Positions 37,931-49,716 of a stretch of 64,000 nucleotides of DNA are shown piece after piece. The DNA comes from a bacterium (GTDB lineage: Bacteria; UBA8248). A program made the translations under genes and the position numbers. Each line of letters starts with the position of its first letter. The first letter of the stretch is position 1. The stretch covers positions 1,984,001 through 2,048,000 of the forward strand of contig CBDBZU010000004.1 in assembly GCA_965213625.1 (NCBI GenBank), given 5' to 3'. The notes under the pieces are model-generated. The model searched no databases, had not been told where the DNA came from, and saw only the letters and a program-made list of their open reading frames with translations.

Positions 37931-38797
37931 TTAGAGGTATTCGCGCTCCCACGTCTGGATTTCCGAGATGCCCAGGGCGTCGTTATATTCCTGAAAAGTG
38001 GCCATCATCTCGCGCGCCGAGCGCGTGGAGCCTTCTTCCTTCAGGATGCGCAGCACGTCGTTCACCGCTTTCAAATACGTGCAGCGCACGATGCCCGGAT
38101 AGATGATGACGCCGAAGCCGAGTTCTCCGAGTTCATCCACGCTGAGCGCCGCCTCGCGCCTCGATTCATCCAGTGTGGTGACGTGGGGCGGGGGTACCTC
38201 GGCTCCGATTTTCCTGAGTTCCTCCTCGGTGCCTTCCACCTCGATGAATGTGAGATCGGCCCCCGCCTCTTTATAGGCGACGGCCCTGCGGATCGCTTCG
38301 TCGAGTCCGTGATCGGCGGCGGCGTCCGTGCGGGCGAGGATGAGGAAATTATCGCTTTCCCGTGCGTCGAGGGCCGCCTTGAGCTTACCGAGTTGTTCAT
38401 CCAGCGAAATGACGGGGACCGAGCCGGGCAGGAAGCCGCACCTTTTTGGGGTTATCTGATCCTCGATCTGGATGCAGGCGACGCCCGCCGATTCGAGTTC
38501 ACGGACGGTGCGAATCATGTTCACGGCATTTCCGTAGCCGGTGTCGGCATCCGCGATGAGGGGAATGGAAGTGGCTTGAACAATGTTCCTGCAGACATCG
38601 GCCACCTCGCGCAGCGTCATGAAGCCTACGTCGGGTTTGCCGAGGAGCGCCGCCGAGGCGCCGTTGCCCGTCAGGTAGTTCACCTCGAACCCCGACTGCT
38701 CCACCATGCGCGCGCTGAAAGCGTCTATGCAGGCGGGAGCGAGCACGGGTCGGTTCTCTTGCAGAAGCGCCCGAAGGCGCGCACCACGTTCGTTCAT
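37931..38797 (-). CDS. Isocitrate lyase/PEP mutase family enzyme (PrpB-like)
   Basis: DAFSAR, IADADTGYG, IEDQ..PKRCG, LARTDA. Confidence 0.9.
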   Translation of the reverse strand: MNERGARLRALLQENRPVLAPACIDAFSARMVEQSGFEVNYLTGNGASAALLGKPDVGFMTLREVADVCRNIVQATSIPLIADADTGYGNAVNMIRTVRELESAGVACIQIEDQITPKRCGFLPGSVPVISLDEQLGKLKAALDARESDNFLILARTDAAADHGLDEAIRRAVAYKEAGADLTFIEVEGTEEELRKIGAEVPPPHVTTLDESRREAALSVDELGELGFGVIIYPGIVRCTYLKAVNDVLRILKEEGSTRSAREMMATFQEYNDALGISEIQTWEREYL

Positions 38798-38937
38798 GGC
38801 GTTTCCCTCGAATAAGTGGAGAACAAGTTATTCGGAAGTTCTCCCACCACCGGCCACGTGTCAAGCGAGCCTTGTGTTCTGCGTGGCCCTGGAGTTAGAG
38901 TAATCTTGCCTCCACGAAAAAACAGGATCTACACTCC

Positions 38938-39711
38938 ATGCGGAAGAAACGCTCTTCTCGAGCCGAGTCCGAAGAGATGGCGGCCCTCGCCCGAGCCGTC
39001 GAACGTTCCCAGACCGAAGGTTGCGCAGGACTCCATCACCTGAGCACACCGCTGGGACGCGACAATTACCTTTGTAAAGCGGATATCGTGAAAAACTTGC
39101 AACCGAAAGGCGGCAGGTTGCTGGACTGGGGATGCGGTTATGGGCAGATGTCTTATCTCCTGAGAAACCGGGGTTTCGAAGTAGTTTCCTATACCATCGA
39201 GGCGGCAGAACCCTCTCCTTGGAATTCCTTTCTTCGCGAGCAGAATCTAGAAGTTGTTTACGGTGAAGCCCCCGTTCGGCTTCCTTTCGAGGATGAATCG
39301 TTCGATATCGTTTTGTCCTGCGGCGTACTGGAGCATGTAGAAGACGAGAGCGGCTCACTCACGGAAATACGGCGCATTTTGCGTCCTGAGGGGTTGTTCG
39401 TCGTGATGATGCTTCCTAACGAATGGAGCTATGCGGAGTTCATGGCGAGATACATTTTCAAGGCGAGCGATCACGACCGGCTCTATTCCATTAAAAAGAT
39501 GTGTTACATCCTTTCCCGGTTCGGGTTTCGGGCAATCAGGACATGGTATTCGAACATACTGCCAAAAAATTTCACCCCTTTGCCCGAAAAACTCAGACAA
39601 ACATTCGGAGCGCACCCGTATATATGGTTGGGTGTGGAGGCATGGCTGTCCAGGATTCCTCCCGTTTGCTGCTTCAGTGGGGTCGTTGAAGGCGCATTTG
39701 CGCGCCTGTAA
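38938..39711 (+). CDS. Class I SAM-dependent methyltransferase (glycan-cluster associated)
   Basis: LLDWGCGYG, LPFEDESFD, VLEHV, LRPEG. Confidence 0.88.
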   Translation: MRKKRSSRAESEEMAALARAVERSQTEGCAGLHHLSTPLGRDNYLCKADIVKNLQPKGGRLLDWGCGYGQMSYLLRNRGFEVVSYTIEAAEPSPWNSFLREQNLEVVYGEAPVRLPFEDESFDIVLSCGVLEHVEDESGSLTEIRRILRPEGLFVVMMLPNEWSYAEFMARYIFKASDHDRLYSIKKMCYILSRFGFRAIRTWYSNILPKNFTPLPEKLRQTFGAHPYIWLGVEAWLSRIPPVCCFSGVVEGAFARL

Positions 39712-39822
39712 CGGGCATAAGTAAAAAGGCGGATACGACCGGCGAGATGCTTGGTCATTCGAGTGAAGAAATCTTGAGCGCCTGAAAGATGACGAATGGG
39801 CTATGTATACGGGTAAGCCATC

Positions 39823-40938
39823 ATGCGCGTTTTAATCATTTCGCGCTTCTGCGCGTCGCCGATGTATCGCGCGAAGCTTGCTGCAATCGCACGTCGTCCC
39901 GGCCTGGAAATTTCTCTGCTCGCGCCTGCGGAGTGGAAAGATGGCGCGCGGACACTCATTTGCCGGGAGGGTGAGGAGAATGGCTACTGGATCTTCACCG
40001 GTCCCTTGATTTTGAATGGCAGGGTGGGCGGACACGTCTACCGTAGGGGACTCTGGAGGGCGCTCCGGGAAGCGCAGCCGGACATCGTCCATATGGAGGA
40101 GGAATCCTACAGCTTCGTCGCGGCGCAAGTGCTGCTTTATCTGTCTATGTTGAGGACGCGGCCGAAGCTCATGGTCAACAACTCGGAGAATTTCGATATT
40201 GCTCTCCCCTGGCGTTCCCGCAGAATTGAGAATACCGTTTTTCGTCGCGCGGATGCGCTGTTGGTCTTTGCCCGTACGGCCCGGGAGAGATTGTTGCGCC
40301 TCGGCGCGGTGCCGGAAAAAGTGCGAACGCTGCCCCAGTTCGGACTGGACCCCGAGCTTTTCCGACCTCCCGAGCCGGGTGAACGCGGCAATGTTTTTTG
40401 CGTCGGGTATGTTGGGAGACTGGTTCGCTCGAAAGGGGTGGACGTTCTCCTGAGAGCGCTCGCGGGTCTTTCTGGAGAGTGGAGAGCGCAGATCGTGGGG
40501 GATGGGCCCGAGCGTGAAACGCTTGAGTGGCTGGCGCGATCCCTCGGGATTTGGGAACGTGTGGGATTTGTTGGCTGGGTCGATCACTTCGGGGTGCCTG
40601 GATATTTGCGGCGGTGGCATGTGCTGGCGTTGCCGTCGAGAACAACCGCGCACTGGATGGAGCAGTTCGGCCGGGTGCTGATCGAGGCTATGGGTTGCGG
40701 CGTGGTTCCCGTGGGAGCGGCCACGGGCGAAATCCCGCACGTCATTGGTTCAGAGGGGTTCATATTTCCCGAAGACGATGTAGAGGCTCTTCAAAAAATT
40801 CTCCAGAAGTTGCAACACGAACCCCCCGAGCGTGAAAGGCTGGCGAAGGTGGGTCGCAATAGAGTGTTAGAAGAATTCACCTGGGATGTCCTGGCGGATG
40901 AAACACGTCGTCTCTATGGGGATATATTGAGTACTTAA
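39823..40938 (+). CDS. Glycosyltransferase family 4
   Basis: YVGRL..KG; EQFGRVLIEAM (E-X7-E). Confidence 0.92.
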   Translation: MRVLIISRFCASPMYRAKLAAIARRPGLEISLLAPAEWKDGARTLICREGEENGYWIFTGPLILNGRVGGHVYRRGLWRALREAQPDIVHMEEESYSFVAAQVLLYLSMLRTRPKLMVNNSENFDIALPWRSRRIENTVFRRADALLVFARTARERLLRLGAVPEKVRTLPQFGLDPELFRPPEPGERGNVFCVGYVGRLVRSKGVDVLLRALAGLSGEWRAQIVGDGPERETLEWLARSLGIWERVGFVGWVDHFGVPGYLRRWHVLALPSRTTAHWMEQFGRVLIEAMGCGVVPVGAATGEIPHVIGSEGFIFPEDDVEALQKILQKLQHEPPERERLAKVGRNRVLEEFTWDVLADETRRLYGDILST

Positions 40939-41075
40939 GCGTCAGGCGAATGGATGAGATGAGGTGGGTGGCGTTGTATATTTCTAGCGATCCGGTAGCG
41001 GAATTTCCGCCGAGAGGCGAAGCGCGCTATATTCTAATTTTCTGCGAGGCTGAAATTCTTTTTTGAGAATGCAAA

Positions 41076-42383
41076 ATGGATACGCCGGAAAACGTATCAA
41101 TGAGCGAATCGCCCCATGGAGCTGCGAGATTTTTCGATAAGGCTCGCTTGAGGGTTCCTCCTAAATCCGCCAAGCCATCGATGAGAGAGGTGCTCAGACC
41201 AGTACGGGGCCACAGGGTTTCCGTTTTTGAACGCAGCTATCACTATAAGAGATTTCCGGCGAGATGGGCGTTTCGCGTAGTTGACTTGTTGGGGGAGACC
41301 TTTTTTCGCAATACGAGGGAACGGCCTCCAGCGATTCGCCGCGTTCTTTTGATGCGCCCCGACCATATCGGCGACGTCGTCTGTACGCTGCCCGCAATCC
41401 GTGCGATTCGCGACTCTCTGCCGGATGCGCAAATTGACCTCCTTATTCGCTCATCTGCGCGCTCTTTATTCAGGGAGATGGACGAGGAACTGGACAGGGT
41501 GGATTTCCTCGTCTTCAATGCATCCTGGCGCGACAGGTCTAAGAGAAAGAAATTCGGCTTTCGCTCGATGCGCCGCCTGAGGCGGTTGCTCAGATTGAGA
41601 GCCGATGAAATCGATGGGCCATACGATCTGGCGGTGGATTTCGCGGGTGATTTTCAGTCGATCATTGCGGCCAGGCTCGCGGGCGTGCGCTATATGGTCG
41701 GGCGGGGCATCAGGGGATTCGGCTTCGGTCTGGACGCGGAGGTCGAGGAGTTCCCAAAACGCCACCAGGTAGAATTTAATTTAGACATGCTTGAATATGC
41801 AGGGCTGGGTCCGTTCGAGACGAAAAACCCTTCACTTACGCTATCTATAGAAGAACTGGAAGAAGGACGAGCGGGCATAGCCTCGTTGATGGAGGAGCAC
41901 TCGGGTTCTTTCATTGGGATTCACCCGGGAGCAGGAGGAGTAGAGAGAATCTGGAGCCCGAAACTATACGGAGAATTGATCAGCAGGGTCGTTTCCACGC
42001 TTCCCGCCCGGGTCTTGTTGCTGGGCGGGCCGGATGACCGGCCAATCGTCGATTCGATATTCAAATCTATGAAGGGAGTCCGCGTTCGGGGCACGATTGT
42101 GGACATGTGCGAGAAGGTTGAGCAACTCCGCTCGCTTATGGGGGTGATGAAGGCCTGCCGGTTGTTTATCGGCAACGATTCGGGCCCCACTCATATTGCC
42201 GCTGCGCTCGGCGTTCCCGTGATTTGCATTTTTCAGGGGCCGGCTGAGCCGAGCGTATGGGGGCCGCGCGGCCCGAATGTGGTGGTGTTGCGAAAAAGTC
42301 CCGCTTCCGTGGGCGATACTCACGAAGACAAAGAGAACCAAGAACTCGAGCGCGTCTATGAGGCGGTGAAGAGATGCGTATAG
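41076..42383 (+). CDS. Glycosyltransferase family 9 (heptosyltransferase-like)
   Basis: DHIGDVV, GIHPGAG, IGNDSGPTHIAAALG. Confidence 0.92.
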   Translation: MDTPENVSMSESPHGAARFFDKARLRVPPKSAKPSMREVLRPVRGHRVSVFERSYHYKRFPARWAFRVVDLLGETFFRNTRERPPAIRRVLLMRPDHIGDVVCTLPAIRAIRDSLPDAQIDLLIRSSARSLFREMDEELDRVDFLVFNASWRDRSKRKKFGFRSMRRLRRLLRLRADEIDGPYDLAVDFAGDFQSIIAARLAGVRYMVGRGIRGFGFGLDAEVEEFPKRHQVEFNLDMLEYAGLGPFETKNPSLTLSIEELEEGRAGIASLMEEHSGSFIGIHPGAGGVERIWSPKLYGELISRVVSTLPARVLLLGGPDDRPIVDSIFKSMKGVRVRGTIVDMCEKVEQLRSLMGVMKACRLFIGNDSGPTHIAAALGVPVICIFQGPAEPSVWGPRGPNVVVLRKSPASVGDTHEDKENQELERVYEAVKRCV

Positions 42384-43504
42384 GGATCGACGCCCGGATG
42401 ATCTCGATGGGCGGCATCGGCACTTATCTCAGAAGCTTGCTCGCCGGTCTGGACAGGCGCGACGACGATGAGGAATACGTCGTTTTCCTTCAGGAAAAGG
42501 ATATGGATTACTGTGCGGATCTGGGTAGTAATTTCAGGCGAGTGTTTTGCGCGGCTCCGCCGTATTCACTTGCTGAGCAGGTGAGGCTGCCTCGAATTCT
42601 GGGGCGTGAGCGGTTGGACCTGATACACCAACCACATTATTTCGCTCCTTTTTTCGGCAAGACACCCATGGTGACGACGATTCACGACATGATTCATCAG
42701 TTGTTTCCGGCGCTTTGCCCCTCGCCGCTTCATTGGCGCGTCTCCAAATGGATGATCGCAAGAACGGTGCGGCGGGCGCGCCTGATCATCGCCGTATCCG
42801 AACACACGAAAAGAGACATCATAGAGCACGTGGGCGTCGCGGAAGAAATGGTGCGTGTGACGTACAACGCTCTGCCACCTGGTTGGGAGGATGGGCGTGC
42901 TCCCATGCCCGAAGCCCTGGAAAGACTCGGCGATGCGCCTTATTTCCTGTATGTGGGAAACCACAAACGCCACAAGAACTTGCAACTGCTGCTCGATGCT
43001 TTTGCGGACCTGTTGAAGGAAGTAGATGGGATTCGCCTCGTCATGACAGGTGAGCGGAAGAGTCTCGAGAGTGTTTTGCGCTTTTTGAGACTCGGAGAGG
43101 AAGTCGTGTTTCTGGGGCAGATGCCCCAAGAGGCGTTACCGGGTCTCTATCGCTCTGCACTGGCGCTGGTGTTTCCCTCCCATTACGAGGGTTTTGGCTA
43201 TCCCCCTCTGGAGGCAATGACCTGCGGCGCGCCGCCGATCGTATCGGACGCGGCCTCTTTACCCGAAGTTGTCGGCGATGCAGGTCTGATCGTTCCGCGG
43301 GGGGATAAGGACGCCTTGCGAAACGCGATGCTGCGTGTCCTGAGGGAGCCGGGCCTGAGAGATACCCTCGCAGAAAAGTCGAAAGAGCGGGCGCGCTATT
43401 TTCAATGGGAAAAACTCGCCGCCGAAACACAGCGCGCCTATCGAGACGCCCTTTTGTGTTCATCCGGTAGCGTTCCCGCCTCGCCATCCGTAGCCAGGTC
43501 GTGA
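42374..43504 (+). CDS. Glycosyltransferase family 4 (mannosyltransferase-like)
   Basis: MRIGIDAR, TIHD, HKN, EGFGYPPLEAM. Confidence 0.92.
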   Translation: MRIGIDARMISMGGIGTYLRSLLAGLDRRDDDEEYVVFLQEKDMDYCADLGSNFRRVFCAAPPYSLAEQVRLPRILGRERLDLIHQPHYFAPFFGKTPMVTTIHDMIHQLFPALCPSPLHWRVSKWMIARTVRRARLIIAVSEHTKRDIIEHVGVAEEMVRVTYNALPPGWEDGRAPMPEALERLGDAPYFLYVGNHKRHKNLQLLLDAFADLLKEVDGIRLVMTGERKSLESVLRFLRLGEEVVFLGQMPQEALPGLYRSALALVFPSHYEGFGYPPLEAMTCGAPPIVSDAASLPEVVGDAGLIVPRGDKDALRNAMLRVLREPGLRDTLAEKSKERARYFQWEKLAAETQRAYRDALLCSSGSVPASPSVARS

Positions 43505-43520
43505 GAGTTCAGGGGCAGAA

Positions 43521-44729
43521 ATGCGAGTAGCAATCGTGCACGATTGGCTCACGGGCATGCGGGGCGGGGAAAAATGCCTCGAGGTATTTTGCGAGATATA
43601 CCCGGAGGCGGATATCTTTACGCTGTTTCACCAGCCGGGTTCGGTTTCTGATACCATCGAGCGTCACCGTATCCATACCAGCCCCTTGCAGCGGATTCCC
43701 GGCGCCAGGCGGCACTACCGCTATATGCTTCCACTCATGCCGACGGCCGTGCGGATGTTCTCCCTCGGTGAATACGATTTCATTCTGTCGAGTTCACATT
43801 GCGTCGCGAAAGGGGCAAAGGGTGGCCATAACACCTACCACCTCAGTTATTGTCATACACCGATGCGCTACGCTTGGAGCGGTTATGAGGCGTATTCCGC
43901 GCGCATGAATGGCGCAGCCAAGTGGTTTTTTCCTCGCCTCGTCGAATACCTGAGAAGATGGGACAACGAAGCCAACAGGGGAGTGCATGATTTTATCGCC
44001 AACAGCCATACGGTGGCGGAGCGTATCCGTCGCTATTACGGCAGACAGGCGGAAGTTCTCTACCCTCCTGTGGATACGGAGTTCTACCGAACCCGAAACG
44101 AGCGCGTTTCTGATTACTACCTCATGGTCACGGCGTTCGCACCTTATAAGCGCGTCGATGCGGCAGTCGAGGCTTTCGGGCGGCTTGGGCGTCCGCTCAA
44201 GGTGGTGGGAGAGGGACAGGACTTCGAGCGTGTCCGCGCGCTGGGAAAACCGAACGTGGAGTTCCTCGGTTGGCAGGATGATGAAACGATCCGGGAGCTT
44301 TACGCCGGATGCCGCGCCTTCATATTCCCGGGAGAAGAGGACTTCGGCATCACCCCGCTCGAGGCGCAGGCGTGTGGCCGCCCTGTTCTCGCATTGGGCT
44401 TGGGTGGCGCGCTGGAGACCGTCGTGGGCTTGAATGCGCAGGAATATGAAGCGCCGCAGGGCTTCATCCCTAGGTCCGTAGCGGAAGATAGTGAAGTGGA
44501 GCCCACTGGAATGTTTTTCTCCGGTTATGAGCCGAGAGATATCGAAGAAGCCGTCGTGGCGTTCGAAAAAATAGAAGACCAATTCTCGCCCAAGGCCTCT
44601 CGCAAACAAGCGGAGTGCTTCGCTCGCGAGAAATTCAAGAAAGCGGCAGCAGAGCGTTTCCGGTGGGGTTGGCTGAATCACCGCGAACGTCTGGAAAAAT
44701 TGGGTGAAACATACCGAGCAATAGAATAA
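43521..44729 (+). CDS. Glycosyltransferase family 4 (WbaZ-like)
   Basis: HDWLTGMRGGE, YCHTPMRYAW, EEDFGITPLEAQ. Confidence 0.92.
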   Translation: MRVAIVHDWLTGMRGGEKCLEVFCEIYPEADIFTLFHQPGSVSDTIERHRIHTSPLQRIPGARRHYRYMLPLMPTAVRMFSLGEYDFILSSSHCVAKGAKGGHNTYHLSYCHTPMRYAWSGYEAYSARMNGAAKWFFPRLVEYLRRWDNEANRGVHDFIANSHTVAERIRRYYGRQAEVLYPPVDTEFYRTRNERVSDYYLMVTAFAPYKRVDAAVEAFGRLGRPLKVVGEGQDFERVRALGKPNVEFLGWQDDETIRELYAGCRAFIFPGEEDFGITPLEAQACGRPVLALGLGGALETVVGLNAQEYEAPQGFIPRSVAEDSEVEPTGMFFSGYEPRDIEEAVVAFEKIEDQFSPKASRKQAECFAREKFKKAAAERFRWGWLNHRERLEKLGETYRAIE

Positions 44730-44805
44730 TACTGATAAGATAAGGTTGCTTGCCGGCGCCTTGCACGAGGAACTTCTGGCCGGACCCGACAAGGAATATC
44801 ATGTC

Positions 44806-46194
44806 GTGTTGCGCAGATACGGCCAATTGAACGCGCTTTTTCTGATTGCGGGCGATGTCATTGCGCTGATTTCGGCCTGGTTCATGGCGTATTGGCTGCG
44901 TTTCGTCGCGGAGATAGTTCCCGTTCCCTCCGGGTATCCCGATTTCAGTTTCTATCTCATCTCGCTTTTTGTGATACTGTCCACTTGGTTCATCTCTTCG
45001 AGCATAACGTGTTTGTACCATTACCGTGCTGGCCTCAATCGCACTCAGGAGGTCATTCGGCTCACGAGCACAATGGCCTGGACGGTTCTGTTGTTCGCCT
45101 TCTTCACGTTTTTCTACCGAAAACAAAGTTACAGCCGATTGTTGGTTGTTCTGTTCATGGTCTTTGGGCCTGTTTTTCTTTTTTCGGTCAGGCGCCTGGT
45201 CTGGTCCTTTATTCGACGCTTGAGGCGACGGGGTGTGGACATGCGACGCATCCTTATCGCGGGAACGACGCCAATTGCCCGGCGGGTCGCCGCTCATTTG
45301 GAGACATATCGATATCTTGGCTTTCAGGTCGTGGGACACCTCGGTGAGGGAGATGCCGGAGAAGATGTGCGAGTGATCGGGAAACTGGGGGAAGTACGTG
45401 AAGTTGTAGCGCGCGAGGGAGTCCATGAAGTCTATGTGGCGCTTCCTCTGAAGGCGCGCACCGCGCAGCAGGAATTGCTGAACGCCTTGGTAGACTCGAG
45501 CGTTGATGTCCGCCTGGTGCCCGATCTTGTCGAACACATGCGCCTGAACCCTGGGATTGAGGAACTCGACGGACTGCCGGTGGTCCTGTTGTCACAGACA
45601 CCTCTTTTTGGCTGGAATTGCTGGATGAAAGTATTGGTGGATTATTTGCTGGGAGCTTTGTCTTTGCTCGTTTTCAGTCCGTTAATCGTGCTCATCGCTC
45701 TCATCGTGAAGTGGACGAGCCGGGGTCCTATTCTGTATCGCCAGGAAAGAATGGGTCTGGACGGCGTGCGGTTTCACATGTACAAGTTTCGCTCCATGAG
45801 GATAGATGCGGCAGTGGAATCAGACGAGGTCTGGACGAGGGAAGGCGATGAGCGGCGTACCCGGCTCGGCGTTTTCCTCAGAAAGACGAGTCTTGATGAA
45901 TTGCCGCAGTTGTTCAATGTGTTGCGAGGTGAAATGAGCCTCGTGGGTCCGAGGCCCGAGCGTCCGGTTTTCGTGGAGAAATTCAGAGCCTCCGTTCCCG
46001 ATTACATGCTGCGACATAAAATGAAATCCGGGATGACGGGTTGGGCGCAGGTGAATGGATGGCGTGGAAATACGTCGATAGAAAAAAGGATCGAATTCGA
46101 TTTACACTATATCGAGAACTGGTCTTTGGGTCTTGATGTCAAGATTTTATGGCTCACCCTCTGGAAGGGGCTGATAAACAAAAATGCGTACTAG
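44806..46194 (+). CDS. wcaJ: Undecaprenyl-phosphate glucose phosphotransferase (WcaJ-like)
   Basis: N-terminal TMs, YKFRSM, SLDELPQLFNVL.GEMSLVGPRPER, GMTGWAQVNG. Confidence 0.9.
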   Translation: MLRRYGQLNALFLIAGDVIALISAWFMAYWLRFVAEIVPVPSGYPDFSFYLISLFVILSTWFISSSITCLYHYRAGLNRTQEVIRLTSTMAWTVLLFAFFTFFYRKQSYSRLLVVLFMVFGPVFLFSVRRLVWSFIRRLRRRGVDMRRILIAGTTPIARRVAAHLETYRYLGFQVVGHLGEGDAGEDVRVIGKLGEVREVVAREGVHEVYVALPLKARTAQQELLNALVDSSVDVRLVPDLVEHMRLNPGIEELDGLPVVLLSQTPLFGWNCWMKVLVDYLLGALSLLVFSPLIVLIALIVKWTSRGPILYRQERMGLDGVRFHMYKFRSMRIDAAVESDEVWTREGDERRTRLGVFLRKTSLDELPQLFNVLRGEMSLVGPRPERPVFVEKFRASVPDYMLRHKMKSGMTGWAQVNGWRGNTSIEKRIEFDLHYIENWSLGLDVKILWLTLWKGLINKNAY

Positions 46195-46215
46195 ACGGCA
46201 TTATGGGTGTATGGA

Positions 46216-48638
<2,423 letters not shown>

Positions 48639-48681
48639 CGCGTCCTTACGTGTCGTTCATGCGGCATGGGATCTGGAAAAG

Positions 48682-49521
48682 ATGAAAATGGTGGAAAAAA
48701 GAATAGTAAAAATTGGGGATGTGGCCTTTGGCGAGCCGGGAGCGATTTGCGTTATCGCAGGGCCATGTATGCTCGAAAGTGAGGAATTGGCCGAGAAATC
48801 CGCTCAAAAGATAAAAAAAGTGATAGAAAAATGCGGTATCGGCGGGGTGTTCAAGGCCTCGTATGACAAGGCGAATCGCAGTTCGGGGAAATCTCCGCGC
48901 GGTCCCGGATTAGATGAGGGTTTGAAGATACTCAAGATGGTAAGACGCGAGACCGGCCTTCCGGTGATGTCGGATGTTCATAGCCCCAAAGAAGCCGAAC
49001 GAGCGGCTCGGGTTCTGGACGCCGTTCAGATTCCCGCTTTCTTATGTCGCCAGACGGATCTCCTCCATGCCGCAGGAAGAACGGGTAAGCCCGTGAACGT
49101 CAAAAAAGGGCAGTTCATGGCGCCCGAGGATATGAAAAACGTCGTAGGGAAGCTTGAAGAAGCGGGTTGCCGGCAAATACTTCTTACTGAAAGAGGAACC
49201 AGTTTCGGCTACCACAATCTGGTATCCGATATGCGTTCGCTCGTGAAGATGCGTGAATCGGGATATCCCGTCGTTTTCGATGCGACGCACAGTGTTCAGT
49301 CGCCGGGCGGACTCGGGGAAAGTTCGGGAGGGGATAGGAGCATGGTTCCTCATCTCGCACGCGCCGCGGCGGGCGTCGGCGTCGATGCTTTTTTTATCGA
49401 ATGCCATCCTAGGCCGGATGAGGCATTGTCCGATGGCCCCAATATGATGGATATCGAAGAGCTGGATTCTCTTCTCGCCTCGTTGCAGGCGATAGATTCT
49501 GCGCGACTCGCCGCTCAATAA
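48682..49521 (+). CDS. kdsA: 3-deoxy-8-phosphooctulonate synthase
   Basis: IAGPC, KASYDKANRSS, PAFLCRQTDL, DATHSVQ. The ORF track over-extends the start. Confidence 0.96.
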   Translation: MKMVEKRIVKIGDVAFGEPGAICVIAGPCMLESEELAEKSAQKIKKVIEKCGIGGVFKASYDKANRSSGKSPRGPGLDEGLKILKMVRRETGLPVMSDVHSPKEAERAARVLDAVQIPAFLCRQTDLLHAAGRTGKPVNVKKGQFMAPEDMKNVVGKLEEAGCRQILLTERGTSFGYHNLVSDMRSLVKMRESGYPVVFDATHSVQSPGGLGESSGGDRSMVPHLARAAAGVGVDAFFIECHPRPDEALSDGPNMMDIEELDSLLASLQAIDSARLAAQ

Positions 49522-49716
49522 GATTCCATGAGTCAATTCTTCCTTACATCATTAGTTTCGCTCGTTTCCTGATCGCTCCTCTCATATCTTCCTACCGGCA
49601 GGCGCGGGAGTTGGCCTCAAAATATGAATTGGCGCAACTTTTCTACATTTTGGTATTATGTTGATAGGTATGGATTGATCGAGAACTTTTCGTTCACGCT
49701 TTCATGAGAAGAGTTT

